Positions 50,789-60,048 of a stretch of DNA of 64,000 nucleotides are shown piece by piece. The notes under the pieces were generated by a model that searched no databases, was not told where the DNA came from, and saw nothing but the letters and a program-made list of their open reading frames with translations. Made by a program: the position numbers and the translations under genes. Position 1 is the first letter of the stretch. The number at the start of each line of letters is the position of its first letter. Source of the DNA: a bacterium. Its GTDB lineage: Bacteria > Zhuqueibacterota > Zhuqueibacteria > Residuimicrobiales > Krinioviventaceae. The stretch spans positions 2,496,001 through 2,560,000 of the forward strand of contig OY843751.1 in the NCBI GenBank assembly GCA_963693055.1. Reading direction: 5' to 3'.

Positions 50789-53700
50789 TTAGAAATATAG
50801 TCTTAAACCAAACCAATAATCACGTGGAACATCCCAGAAATAATATAGACGCTGCACTAAACTATCCATGCCTTCAACCTCATCGCCAAAACTTTTACCT
50901 TCAGCTTCAAGGGCATCATAATATTTCTTTTCCATTTCTTTCCAATCACCATTTTCCTGGCGTGCAACAAGGCGTTCAAAACGTACACGCTGATCGTCCC
51001 AGTCCATATACTGGTTCAGGTTTTTGATGTTGAACAAGTTGGTGATATCCATAAATGCTCCGGCTGATATACCGGCAAATTGAAACCGTTTTTCCAAATG
51101 TAAATCGGTCCGGTTGTAATTCTTAACTCGTCCGTTATATACGCCTTGCATTCTCTGCAGGCTGTTCGGGTTCCAAATATAAGAACGACCCTGGCGGAAA
51201 TAATGAGAAACTGAAAAGTCCCACCATCCAAGTAATTTAGAATCACCAACTACTGGACCCGGGCCCCAGTCAGCAGGAGAATGCAATGCAACATTTAATT
51301 TCCATTTCCATGAACCAGGCTGTTGAGTGTCACTTACATATGTATCTCCGAGAACACGAAGTTGATCCGTCATAGTTGGATCAGATGCAAATTCAGGAGA
51401 TTCAGGATGATAAATACTGGACCACCCATAACGATAACCCTTTTCAATTGAATAGTCTGCATTAAAGAAACCAGTAATAAAAGTTCCGTAACGTTTTTCA
51501 ACATTAAATTCGAAACCTTTTATATCTCTCGCCCGACTGTTCCATTCATAAGAAGGACCACCATCTCTGCCTCGCATACTACCATCATCTATATCTTGAG
51601 TAACGTCCTTATAGTATGCTGAAACATTGGCTACATAATTGCCAAACAGGCGCTGTTCCCATCCCGTTTCAAACTGAACTGTTTTGGGAAGCAGTAACCA
51701 TGGATTACCCATTTCTTCTACAGGTTCATCATAACCAACCTGCCAACGGTACAGCCAGTCATTGGTGACTGTATCATAGAAATGACCATAGTTGAAATAG
51801 ATTTTACTCTCTGGTCCTATGGGGTGAGATACACCCAGGCGAGGACTCAGGTACCATTGCATATCAGGATGTACATCCGGTTCTAAGCCATAATAGTTTT
51901 CATAACCAGATGTGAACGCATTGTCACCATAGCGCATCCAGTGTTCGTTCCATAATGAAGGAGTGCGAGGGAAGAAAAGATCGTTACGATCAAACCAGCT
52001 ATCGTTTGGTTGTACAACATCCAAACGAAGACCCAGGTTCAAGATCATACCGCCATATTCCATCTTGTCCTGAACATATGCAGCACCCTGCCAAGACAAT
52101 GTGTGAACATCGTGCCAGTTTGCTTGGTCGCCAGGAGCACCGTCATCTTCGGTTCCCCAAATGCCATCGTCACCATTGCGAAAGTCTTCATTGATAATAA
52201 ACAAATAGTTCTGTGTGTAACCGGTACGTTCCAGAACGTCTTTGTACAGATATTCAACACCAGCTTTGAATTGGTGATTTGCATTAACCTGGCTAGTAAT
52301 ATCATAGTTAAATTGGAATGTTTGGGTTTGGCTCATGTCCATTGAACGTTCACCACGTAGTCCATACAATCCAAGAATATCAGACGAAGCACCTTGTTGA
52401 TATGCCCAACCTTTTGGAGATTCGTCCAGCCAAATGTTATCATTGACCTGATAAACATCACCAAGCGTACGCAAACGAACGTTACCTAATTGTTGGTAAT
52501 CAGCATTTGCATAGGTCATTTTTACATCATAATAAGTGCTGGGATTCAAAGTATGGGTAAATGTAGCATTAGCGATTGTTGTATAGATGCCTTTTGGAAC
52601 CAAGCCTGAATCACGATTGTAAACAGAGTTGTTTCCATTTATGGTATTCTGAACACCTTCTGAAAGTAAACCCTGGGTACCTTCACGAGGTTCGGGGTCA
52701 CCATTTTCAAAGGTTTTCATGTCAGTGTATAAACCATTGGCAACGATTTTCATATCAGGACTGATCTGATAGATCAATTTACCTTGTGTTGTATTCCATC
52801 CGTATACACCACCGGTTGAAGTGGGGTAAGCATACATGGAATTTTCACGAATGTGTGACAAGACAAATGAAAGTTTGTTATTGGTAAAAGGTACAGGACC
52901 GCCGAATGAAAAATCACCAACCCAATCACTCTGGTAACCATACCAGTTAAAAGCTTCATCGTGAACGGATGGTATATTGTAAAGTTGATCTACGGTACCA
53001 ATCTCTTTACCGTCATACAAAACATTACCGTCAGTATCTTCTGAACGATGACGCCATTGCCAGATTTTAAATGCGTCTTCAGCAGAAATGCTTTCATCTC
53101 CATATGTATTGTTGGCTGCCCAAGACGTCCAGCCTTCAAAATCGGGCTCGCCATCGCCATTTTTATCAGCAGATGGAGCGCCGCCATTCCAGTCATAACG
53201 ACCATATTCCCACCAGTTGTTATTGGAGAAAATATAAGGACCAAAATGTTTCAAGCCGGGATAATCAGGATCATCGCCGCCCATTAATGGACTGACACGG
53301 GTTTCCATATTGAAAAAGTATTTTTGTTGCGGGGTTTTGCTTACTATATTTACAATACCTGCGCGGGCATTACCAAATTCAGCATTAAAACCACCGGTAA
53401 GTAACTGAACTTCCTGGATCGCAGTGGTAGAAACCATGCTCATACCTTGATCCATACGTTCATTACGTAAACTTACACCGTCCAAATAGTAACCGATTTC
53501 TTTATAGTTACTACCACGGATTTCAATACCTTTTTCACCCTGCTCAACACCAGCCTGGCTAACCAGGGCATTGTCAAGGTGCATTGAAGCAGGAACAGCT
53601 TGCATTTTGTCAGCACTCATATTGTTTTGACTAAATGAAACGTCCTGACGTATAATTTCACGATCTGCAGTAACCGTTACTTCTTCACCAGTTATTGATT

Positions 53701-54028
53701 CCTGATCAATAGCAAAATCAACTCTTGCTGTACGATCGATTTGTACTAGAACATTTTCAACAACTTTTGAAGTATACCCAATAAAAGTAACACGCAGTTG
53801 ATACGTTCCCGGTGGTACGTTAATAATAAAGTAATTACCATCGATGTCGGTTGCGCCACCCATCGATGTTCCTTCAATAACAACGTTTGCACCAGGAAGT
53901 GGTTCACCAGTGCTATTATCTTTTACAACACCTGCGACTTTACCGGTTGTGGCAGAAAAGCCGATTTGTGTCAATAATAGGAGAGCAATGAGAATCCACA
54001 CTGGTTTAAAATCAACATACTTGAACAT
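50789..54028 (-). CDS. TonB-dependent receptor
   Basis: ATTGKVAG, GGFNAEFGNARAGIVN, QDKMEY, SPRLGVSHP, terminal Phe; AAGGAGG before ATG 54028. Confidence 0.9.
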   Translation of the reverse strand: MFKYVDFKPVWILIALLLLTQIGFSATTGKVAGVVKDNSTGEPLPGANVVIEGTSMGGATDIDGNYFIINVPPGTYQLRVTFIGYTSKVVENVLVQIDRTARVDFAIDQESITGEEVTVTADREIIRQDVSFSQNNMSADKMQAVPASMHLDNALVSQAGVEQGEKGIEIRGSNYKEIGYYLDGVSLRNERMDQGMSMVSTTAIQEVQLLTGGFNAEFGNARAGIVNIVSKTPQQKYFFNMETRVSPLMGGDDPDYPGLKHFGPYIFSNNNWWEYGRYDWNGGAPSADKNGDGEPDFEGWTSWAANNTYGDESISAEDAFKIWQWRHRSEDTDGNVLYDGKEIGTVDQLYNIPSVHDEAFNWYGYQSDWVGDFSFGGPVPFTNNKLSFVLSHIRENSMYAYPTSTGGVYGWNTTQGKLIYQISPDMKIVANGLYTDMKTFENGDPEPREGTQGLLSEGVQNTINGNNSVYNRDSGLVPKGIYTTIANATFTHTLNPSTYYDVKMTYANADYQQLGNVRLRTLGDVYQVNDNIWLDESPKGWAYQQGASSDILGLYGLRGERSMDMSQTQTFQFNYDITSQVNANHQFKAGVEYLYKDVLERTGYTQNYLFIINEDFRNGDDGIWGTEDDGAPGDQANWHDVHTLSWQGAAYVQDKMEYGGMILNLGLRLDVVQPNDSWFDRNDLFFPRTPSLWNEHWMRYGDNAFTSGYENYYGLEPDVHPDMQWYLSPRLGVSHPIGPESKIYFNYGHFYDTVTNDWLYRWQVGYDEPVEEMGNPWLLLPKTVQFETGWEQRLFGNYVANVSAYYKDVTQDIDDGSMRGRDGGPSYEWNSRARDIKGFEFNVEKRYGTFITGFFNADYSIEKGYRYGWSSIYHPESPEFASDPTMTDQLRVLGDTYVSDTQQPGSWKWKLNVALHSPADWGPGPVVGDSKLLGWWDFSVSHYFRQGRSYIWNPNSLQRMQGVYNGRVKNYNRTDLHLEKRFQFAGISAGAFMDITNLFNIKNLNQYMDWDDQRVRFERLVARQENGDWKEMEKKYYDALEAEGKSFGDEVEGMDSLVQRLYYFWDVPRDYWFGLRLYF

Positions 54029-54706
54029 TGATTTTCCTCCTTCATCCAATTAAAAGTTTATCCAATTTTTGTGGTAAAATTGGCTTAAAAACTCTTTACA
54101 ACAAAAAAAATGTTCTGGCATCACTCCTTTCGTTAGATTTAATAATTATTGATTTAGTGGTTTCGTTTAGATTTTTTTCAATAAACATACATAACAAATT
54201 AATATGAAGCATTCTACCCATTGATATACAATATTATAACAATGAAAATCTCGAGAGATTTCAGCTTTTCATTAATTTAAACCACTTTTTTGTTGTATGA
54301 TTAAGTTATAAAAGAGGGGAGATAGGCGGGTAAAAAAATCAAAATTTGATTTTCCTCCTTCAACCAGCTCAATCGCCCTAAAAATTATAACATATCATCG
54401 TTCAATCTCTGTTCTTTATCACTCCTTTCTTTCTGATTATAAATTAAACGTTTAAGTTTATTATATATTAGAAATTCTTCTATAAAAATAAAGGTAACGA
54501 AAGATGGCAGATTTTGAATTTAAGAATTAAACTCTTGATACGAATACCATGGGAATAAGAGTCTTGTGATAAAACTGCAAGAGTTTTAAAGGGATTTTTC
54601 CGAAGGGAGAAATTCAGGTAATGTGTGGTAACAGGGTTGTGAAACATAAAAATCATATTTTCCTTTTCCCAAAAGTTTCACGATTTTGTTTTCTTTACCT
54701 CGCTAT

Positions 54707-54735
54707 ATTGTACCTCAAAAAACTTATAAAGTCAA
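54707..54735 (-). promoter_or_regulatory. candidate sigma70 promoter upstream of the second TBDR cassette
   Basis: Minus strand TTGACT, 17 bp, TACAAT. Confidence 0.55.
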
Positions 54736-55530
54736 GAGATATTTTTTGATTTTTGATACATTAGTTAACTTGATTTTAAATTGCAATGATATTTATTAAA
54801 AGTATTATTAACAAGCATTTCATTTTTTTACCATTTTATTGTTTATTAATTGCTATACAAAATGATATCTATTGTATTGATAATATTAACTTTATTGTTG
54901 TATTGAATTTTAACTTTTCTTGATATTAAATAGCTGTTCTTCTATTAACAATTTCTTGAAATACAGGAATTTATGTATTGTAAATTAATGTAACAGAGGC
55001 AATAGTGGTTTATATTTCCTATACAATTTTTAAAAATATTTTTTTTTAAAGATAGATTGTTTAAATATTATATACCCTTGAACTGTTAGCATTAAAATTT
55101 TAATATGCTAAACCGTAACTGACGTTTCTAATTGATGGAGGATGAAAAAAATACAAATTTTAGTTTCTTGTATTGAGAATTCTAATTGTAAGCAAATATC
55201 ATATCTTTGGATGGTTCTAGTTATTTTTCCCGAATCGCATCTATTATAGCATTTCAAATTTATTTCATGTTAAAGTACGTAATGAAGAAATTGTATGTTG
55301 GCACTTTTCAAGTTGATTGTCCAATAAATTGTATCTGGGATTGGATATAAATAATAAACAATTTTTACCATCCTTTGGATCTTGAACATATATGGTATGG
55401 ATATAACCCCATAAAGCAAAAGAATGAGAAATTAATTAATCCAGTTTAACTATTTGGTTGCTATTAACTCTTAATTGTGTTTCTTGAATTGAGAATTTTA
55501 TGTGCATAAAAGTTTTCATTTTTGTGTATT

Positions 55531-55719
55531 TTAATTGTTATCTCTGAATATTTCCTGTTTCAATATGATTTTTTTGTCAAGTACTTGAAGACCATATTTG
55601 ACCGTCCAACCTTTGGTTGCTAGCATGTTGTGGGAAAGTAATCTGCTTTCAAGATCTGATGTAAATCCAATATAAATTTTATCATATTTTTCAGAATATA
55701 AAACATATGTAATGAACAT
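55531..55719 (-). pseudogene. truncated copy of the GIY-YIG nuclease
   Basis: First 41 codons identical to 55821-56078, then unrelated sequence. Confidence 0.8.
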
Positions 55720-55770
55720 GGAAACCCCTTGAAATAAAAAAGGACCATCAAATGATGATCCTTATTTTAG

Positions 55771-55826
55771 TAGCGGGGGGCGGATTTGAACCGCCGTTCG
55801 CCAACTGGCGAATATGAGCCTCACGA
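55771..55826 (-). other. altered tRNA-fMet-like fragment with hairpin substitution
   Basis: Minus: tcgtgaggctcata-TTCGCCAGTTGGCGAA-cggcggttcaaatccgccccccgcta. Confidence 0.75.
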
Positions 55827-56078
55827 ATTTTTGTTTTGAGATATATAATTGCGAATAAATTCTCTACCTTTAGCAGATTTTAACTGTTTTTCCCGAATGA
55901 TAGCTTTTTTCTTGGATTCAAATTTTTCATTGTAGACAAGTATCCATGGACGAAATTTGACCGTCCAACCTTTGGTTGCTAGCATGTTGTGGGAAAGTAA
56001 TCTGCTTTCAAGATCTGATGTAAATCCAATATAAATTTTATCATATTTTTCAGAATATAAAACATATGTAATGAACAT
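55821..56078 (-). CDS. small GIY-YIG nuclease family protein
   Basis: YVLYS...IYIG.TSDL..RL..HN, RPW, A..RE..LKS..GR. Confidence 0.9.
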   Translation of the reverse strand: MFITYVLYSEKYDKIYIGFTSDLESRLLSHNMLATKGWTVKFRPWILVYNEKFESKKKAIIREKQLKSAKGREFIRNYISQNKNS

Positions 56079-56129
56079 GGAAACCCCTTGAAATAAAAAA
56101 GGACCATCAAATGATGATCCTTATTTTAG

Positions 56130-56171
56130 TAGCGGGGGGCGGATTTGAACCGCCGACCTTTGGGTTATGAG
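56130..56171 (-). tRNA. 3' half of initiator tRNA-Met(CAT), probable att site; not an intact tRNA
   Basis: Minus: CTCATAACCCAAAGGTCGGCGGTTCAAATCCGCCCCCCGCTA; begins at the anticodon loop and no 5' half is adjacent. Confidence 0.85.
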
Positions 56172-56253
56172 TTCAAAGGTTTGACGGGTGTAAGTTGTTG
56201 ATAAAAAATAAGTTGTGGTTTTGCTTTTGGGCTTTTTATGGGTTTGATTTTAG

Positions 56254-57321
56254 TTAAATTTTTAATTTATCAAACCTTTTTTTAAGATTTTCACGGGCTA
56301 TTTGGGTATAGTGTTTTGTCATTGAACCGGTTTTGTGACGAAGCATTTCCTGGGCAAGTCTTTCGTTTTTATCCGAAATTTCGTTCTCCATGATTCGCAG
56401 ACCAAATGTATGCCGCAGCATGTGTGCCGGTGATTTGATATGTTCAAGTCCGATTTTGTCAAGTGTGCGCCGGAATGTTCTTGAAACGGCATCTTTATTA
56501 TTGTTGAACAATTTTTTGTCCGGGTTGCCTGTCAGTAATTTTGCCCGGATGATCATGCGTTGTATGATCTGGTGCATGGGGATCAGTTCAATTTCACGGT
56601 TCTTGTTTTTTTCCAGTTTGATATATCCTTCTTTCAACAATATGTTTCTTTCCCTTAACTCGAGACATTCTGATCTGCGTAATCCCGCATACCGTAAAAA
56701 AAGGAATATAATTCTTATATTACTTTTAGGCAAGTTTTTATAAAACTCTTTTTCTTTTTCCCGGGGGAGTATATTCGGTACCGGTTTCGTTGCTGAAAAA
56801 AACTCAAAATCATCAAAAGGATTTATCGGAATATATTTTTTCCGTTTTGCCCAGGAGAAAATATCCCTCAGACATGACAGCTCTTTGTTTGCCCCGCGTC
56901 TTGCGCGTTGTACCTTTAAAAAATCATCCTGGTCAATCTTGGCCAGTCTCTGTTCCAGCAGGGAATTACGAAAGCTTTCCAGGCGTTCATCGGTGACTTT
57001 ATCAATAGTGAGATGAGGGCCCAGGTAATTTATTAACAATTTATATGAATGCAGGTTACGTTTTACGCTGATTTCAATAGACCGCTTTTCTTTATAGATG
57101 GAACCGAAATCCTGTAATGTAGGATAAATTTTCTGGGTAGAGGGAACAGCGCCGTTAATGCGCTGCTGTTCGATTTCCAGTTCTTTCTGCTTAACCCAGA
57201 GTTCAACGGATCTTTTGGGAGTGTTGGGTGGAAAGTACTTTCGATATCTTTTCCCTTGAACGTTAAACTGGACCCGATAGGCTGTACCGCTCTGCAATTC
57301 AATCTCTTCAATATAAGCCAT
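56254..57321 (-). CDS. tyrosine recombinase / phage-type integrase
   Basis: YAGLRRSE (R), KN (K), HMLRHTF (HxxR), QEMLRH, TKHYT (Y); next to tRNA fragment. Confidence 0.92.
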   Translation of the reverse strand: MAYIEEIELQSGTAYRVQFNVQGKRYRKYFPPNTPKRSVELWVKQKELEIEQQRINGAVPSTQKIYPTLQDFGSIYKEKRSIEISVKRNLHSYKLLINYLGPHLTIDKVTDERLESFRNSLLEQRLAKIDQDDFLKVQRARRGANKELSCLRDIFSWAKRKKYIPINPFDDFEFFSATKPVPNILPREKEKEFYKNLPKSNIRIIFLFLRYAGLRRSECLELRERNILLKEGYIKLEKNKNREIELIPMHQIIQRMIIRAKLLTGNPDKKLFNNNKDAVSRTFRRTLDKIGLEHIKSPAHMLRHTFGLRIMENEISDKNERLAQEMLRHKTGSMTKHYTQIARENLKKRFDKLKI

Positions 57322-57448
57322 AATAATCTATCCACAAAAAATTTTTCTCCCGAATAAAACTGAGGAGTGGTAAAATTCCTGTCAATAGATTTTATGATAT
57401 TTACTGCCAAAAAACAACCGGTTTCGTTTGTATTTTATACAAACGAAA

Positions 57449-58955
57449 GTTCAATCCCATCTTAGTTAATAGGTCTTTTCCAATTCTTTAAATCCTCGTG
57501 ACGGGTACTTCTCCTTTCTTACGTTGTCTCAATCCCATCATAGTTAATAGGTCTTTTCCAATCGTTGTTTTACCGGTACTGGAATCTTCACAAAAAACTT
57601 TAGTCTCAATCCCATCATAGTTAATAGGTCTTTTCCAATATTTCCGGCAGTGTTCGCTACACAATTGGAGACAATAAACAGTCTCAATCCCATCATAGTT
57701 AATAGGTCTTTTCCAATAAACAGCCGCGCTAAAGGCAAAGTGGAAAACTCGTTCAGTCTCAATCCCATCTTAGTTAATAGGTCTTTTCCAATAATCTGTG
57801 ACAAGTCAGGATATTGGTGTTGGTATCATCAGTCTCAATCCCATCATAGTTAATAGGTCTTTTCCAATATGAAATATGTTGCTAAGATTGTTGATGAAGG
57901 TAACAGTAATAGTCTCAATCCCATCATAGTCAATAGGTCTTTTCCAATTCAAAGATACGCTTGATGTGTTTATGGATGAAGTACGTCTCAATCCCATCAT
58001 AGTCAATAGGTCTTTTCCAATGGTGGAAATGTAACTCATATTACAATCGACTATATTGCTATCCAAGAGTCTCAATCCCATCATAGTCAATAGGTCTTTT
58101 CCAATTGAAAAAGCGATTTGTGGCGCAGAAACCAACCGCAAAATTGTGTCTCAATCCCATCATAGTCAATAGGTCTTTTCCAATAATTTAACGCTAATAA
58201 TTTGTCTAGCGGGGTTTATTTTGTCTCAATCCCATCATAGTTAATAGGTCTTTTCCAATTTTTTATAGACAGCCTACAAGTGGCTGTGAAGACTAAGTCT
58301 CAATCCCATCATAGTTAATAGGTCTTTTCCAATTGGCAGTAAGCCGGCTTGGGTTACACACTGGAACAAAAGTCTCAATCCCATCATAGTTAATAGGTCT
58401 TTTCCAATCATTACAAATGCAAAGCTTGATGACAAGTTCCAAAAGTATGATGAGTCTCAATCCCATCATAGTTAATAGGTCTTTTCCAATTACAATTTTT
58501 GCAGCCGGTGAAAAACAATATGTGTTCGAGTCTCAATCCCATCATAGTTAATAGGTCTTTTCCAATCTGTTGCAAAAACAACAGCACCCTTTGCACTAAC
58601 GTCACTGTCTCAATCCCATCATAGTTAATAGGTCTTTTCCAATTGGCTTGAGCAACTAGCTCTTATAACAAGGTGAAAGATTTCTAGTCTCAATCCCATC
58701 ATAGTTAATAGGTCTTTTCCAATTGCGCTATGGTGACTTGAAAGGTGTAGACAGTTTTCCTGTAGGTCTCAATCCCATCATAGTTAATAGGTCTTTTCCA
58801 ATCAAAACTGGCAGTGCTGACAAAATCGGAAAAATTGCGTCTCAATCCCATCTTTTCTTATAGGTCTTTTCTGATCAAAGAAAGTGATTAATGTGAAAGG
58901 TAAATTAGTGAGAGTGGTGTCTCAATCCCATCTATTCTAATAGGTCCAAATACAT
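57449..58955 (-). CRISPR. CRISPR array, 20 repeats / 19 spacers (36-47 bp)
   Basis: 37-bp repeat GTCTCAATCCCATCATAGTTAATAGGTCTTTTCCAAT on +; minus strand ends ATTGAGAC (8-nt handle type); degenerate copies at 57449, 58839, 58919. Confidence 0.97.
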
Positions 58956-58983
58956 AAAAAGGCGGATTGTATACCCACCTTTA
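58955..58983 (-). terminator. terminator-like hairpin between cas operon and array
   Basis: Minus: aaaggtggg-tatacaa-tccgccttttt (G-U pairs, U-tract). Confidence 0.5.
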
Positions 58984-59042
58984 GTTTAAAATTGAATACA
59001 ATGTTTTTAGATAAAAATTGTCAATGAACAAGAATCTTAAAG

Positions 59043-60047
59043 CTATTCTTTCATCAGAAAATTAATTTCCTGGGTTAATTTTTCAATGAATTGATCTTTA
59101 TGAGTCACATCATACTTTACACATCGTTTATGTCGTAGATCGAAAGGTATATCATTTGTATCCTGAGTTAACATGATCACTTTTTTCTTTTGAGCATTGG
59201 CAAGACCTAATTCGTAAAAAACATTGGGATTTTTATTTGTCAAATCCGCAATGATGATCGCTGATTTCAATATATTTTCTTCAACTTTATCCATAATACC
59301 ACCTTGAAATATCTCTTCATCAACTCTTACACATTTTAAATTCATACTTTCAGTAATGTTTCTAATCCACGTATAAATTGTATCAAAGTTGGGGTCAAAT
59401 GGCATTATAACAAAGACAAAGTTTCTGTCAAAATTTATTCCATACGGACTGTATTTTATCAATTGTTCAGTGCCCGGTATTGGACGAGCATTGTTGGGAT
59501 CATATTCAGAAAAAAGGTAAAACGCATCCATAGACTGAATTTTTATGGCTGAACTTACAGCACCTAATGACATTATTTTGGTACCGCCTGTCAAATCAAT
59601 AGCTAAATTTTCAATTTCATATTTGTATTGATTTAGCATTTCATCTTTCCATTTAAAAATTTTACTCTCTACATTATTTTGTTCATCACTACTTATGTTG
59701 ATTATTTCGTACTTTAACAATGGATTCACTTTTTTTATCTCGTTTATGAATAAATCAAAGTGATTATTAAAATGATATATTTTTGATATATTCGAAAATC
59801 CGAAAGTAACAAGTTCTGGCTTCATTATGGCAATAAACAATGCTATGTTTTCTATAGTAAAGCCAAAAGGTACAAAAATGGATTTATATTGTGAATTAGT
59901 AATTCTATTTTTAACCAGTTCATTAGTGTTTTCTTTTAATTGTTCAACACTTAATTTGAAAATTCTTTCAAAATAGAATTCAATATTAAAATTTGATTGT
60001 TCCCAAATTTTGAACAAGTTTTGTAATAATTTTCGTCTATTTACCAT
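59043..60047 (-). CDS. CARF domain fused to nucleoside-2-deoxyribosyltransferase-like (NDT/DRHyd) domain; putative type III effector
   Basis: CARF: IFVPFGFTIEN, IDLTGGTKIMS, RPIPGTEQL. C-term: FVIMPF, RVDE, IIADLT.KNPNVFYELGLA, IPFDL. Confidence 0.8.
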   Translation of the reverse strand: MVNRRKLLQNLFKIWEQSNFNIEFYFERIFKLSVEQLKENTNELVKNRITNSQYKSIFVPFGFTIENIALFIAIMKPELVTFGFSNISKIYHFNNHFDLFINEIKKVNPLLKYEIINISSDEQNNVESKIFKWKDEMLNQYKYEIENLAIDLTGGTKIMSLGAVSSAIKIQSMDAFYLFSEYDPNNARPIPGTEQLIKYSPYGINFDRNFVFVIMPFDPNFDTIYTWIRNITESMNLKCVRVDEEIFQGGIMDKVEENILKSAIIIADLTNKNPNVFYELGLANAQKKKVIMLTQDTNDIPFDLRHKRCVKYDVTHKDQFIEKLTQEINFLMKE

Positions 60048-60048
60048 T

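Larger units (their letters stand above)
55596..56155. repeat. 201-bp direct repeat (55596-55796 and 55955-56155), period 359 bp
   Basis: Read directly; each copy holds a tRNA 3' end, a terminator-like hairpin and the GIY-YIG 5' half. Confidence 0.9.

Noticed and set aside
54430-54700. Riboswitch upstream of the second TBDR
   Set aside because: No cobalamin, TPP, SAM or FMN consensus recognised; an Rfam scan would be needed
55150-55530. Possible decayed gene in the AT-rich stretch next to the truncated GIY-YIG
   Set aside because: Only short stop-interrupted frames with no recognisable family
56130-56171. Intact tRNA-Met gene
   Set aside because: Only the anticodon loop to the 3' end is present; no D-arm or 5' acceptor strand
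57544-58605. ORFs with repeated IGKDLLTMMGLR
   Set aside because: They are translations of the CRISPR repeats
57485-58918. Self-targeting spacers within this window
   Set aside because: No convincing match found by eye, including against the integrase and CTD-coding genes; not a computed search
59043-60047. Annotation as Csm6/Csx1
   Set aside because: No HEPN-type RxxxxH domain seen; the C-terminus has NDT-like motifs
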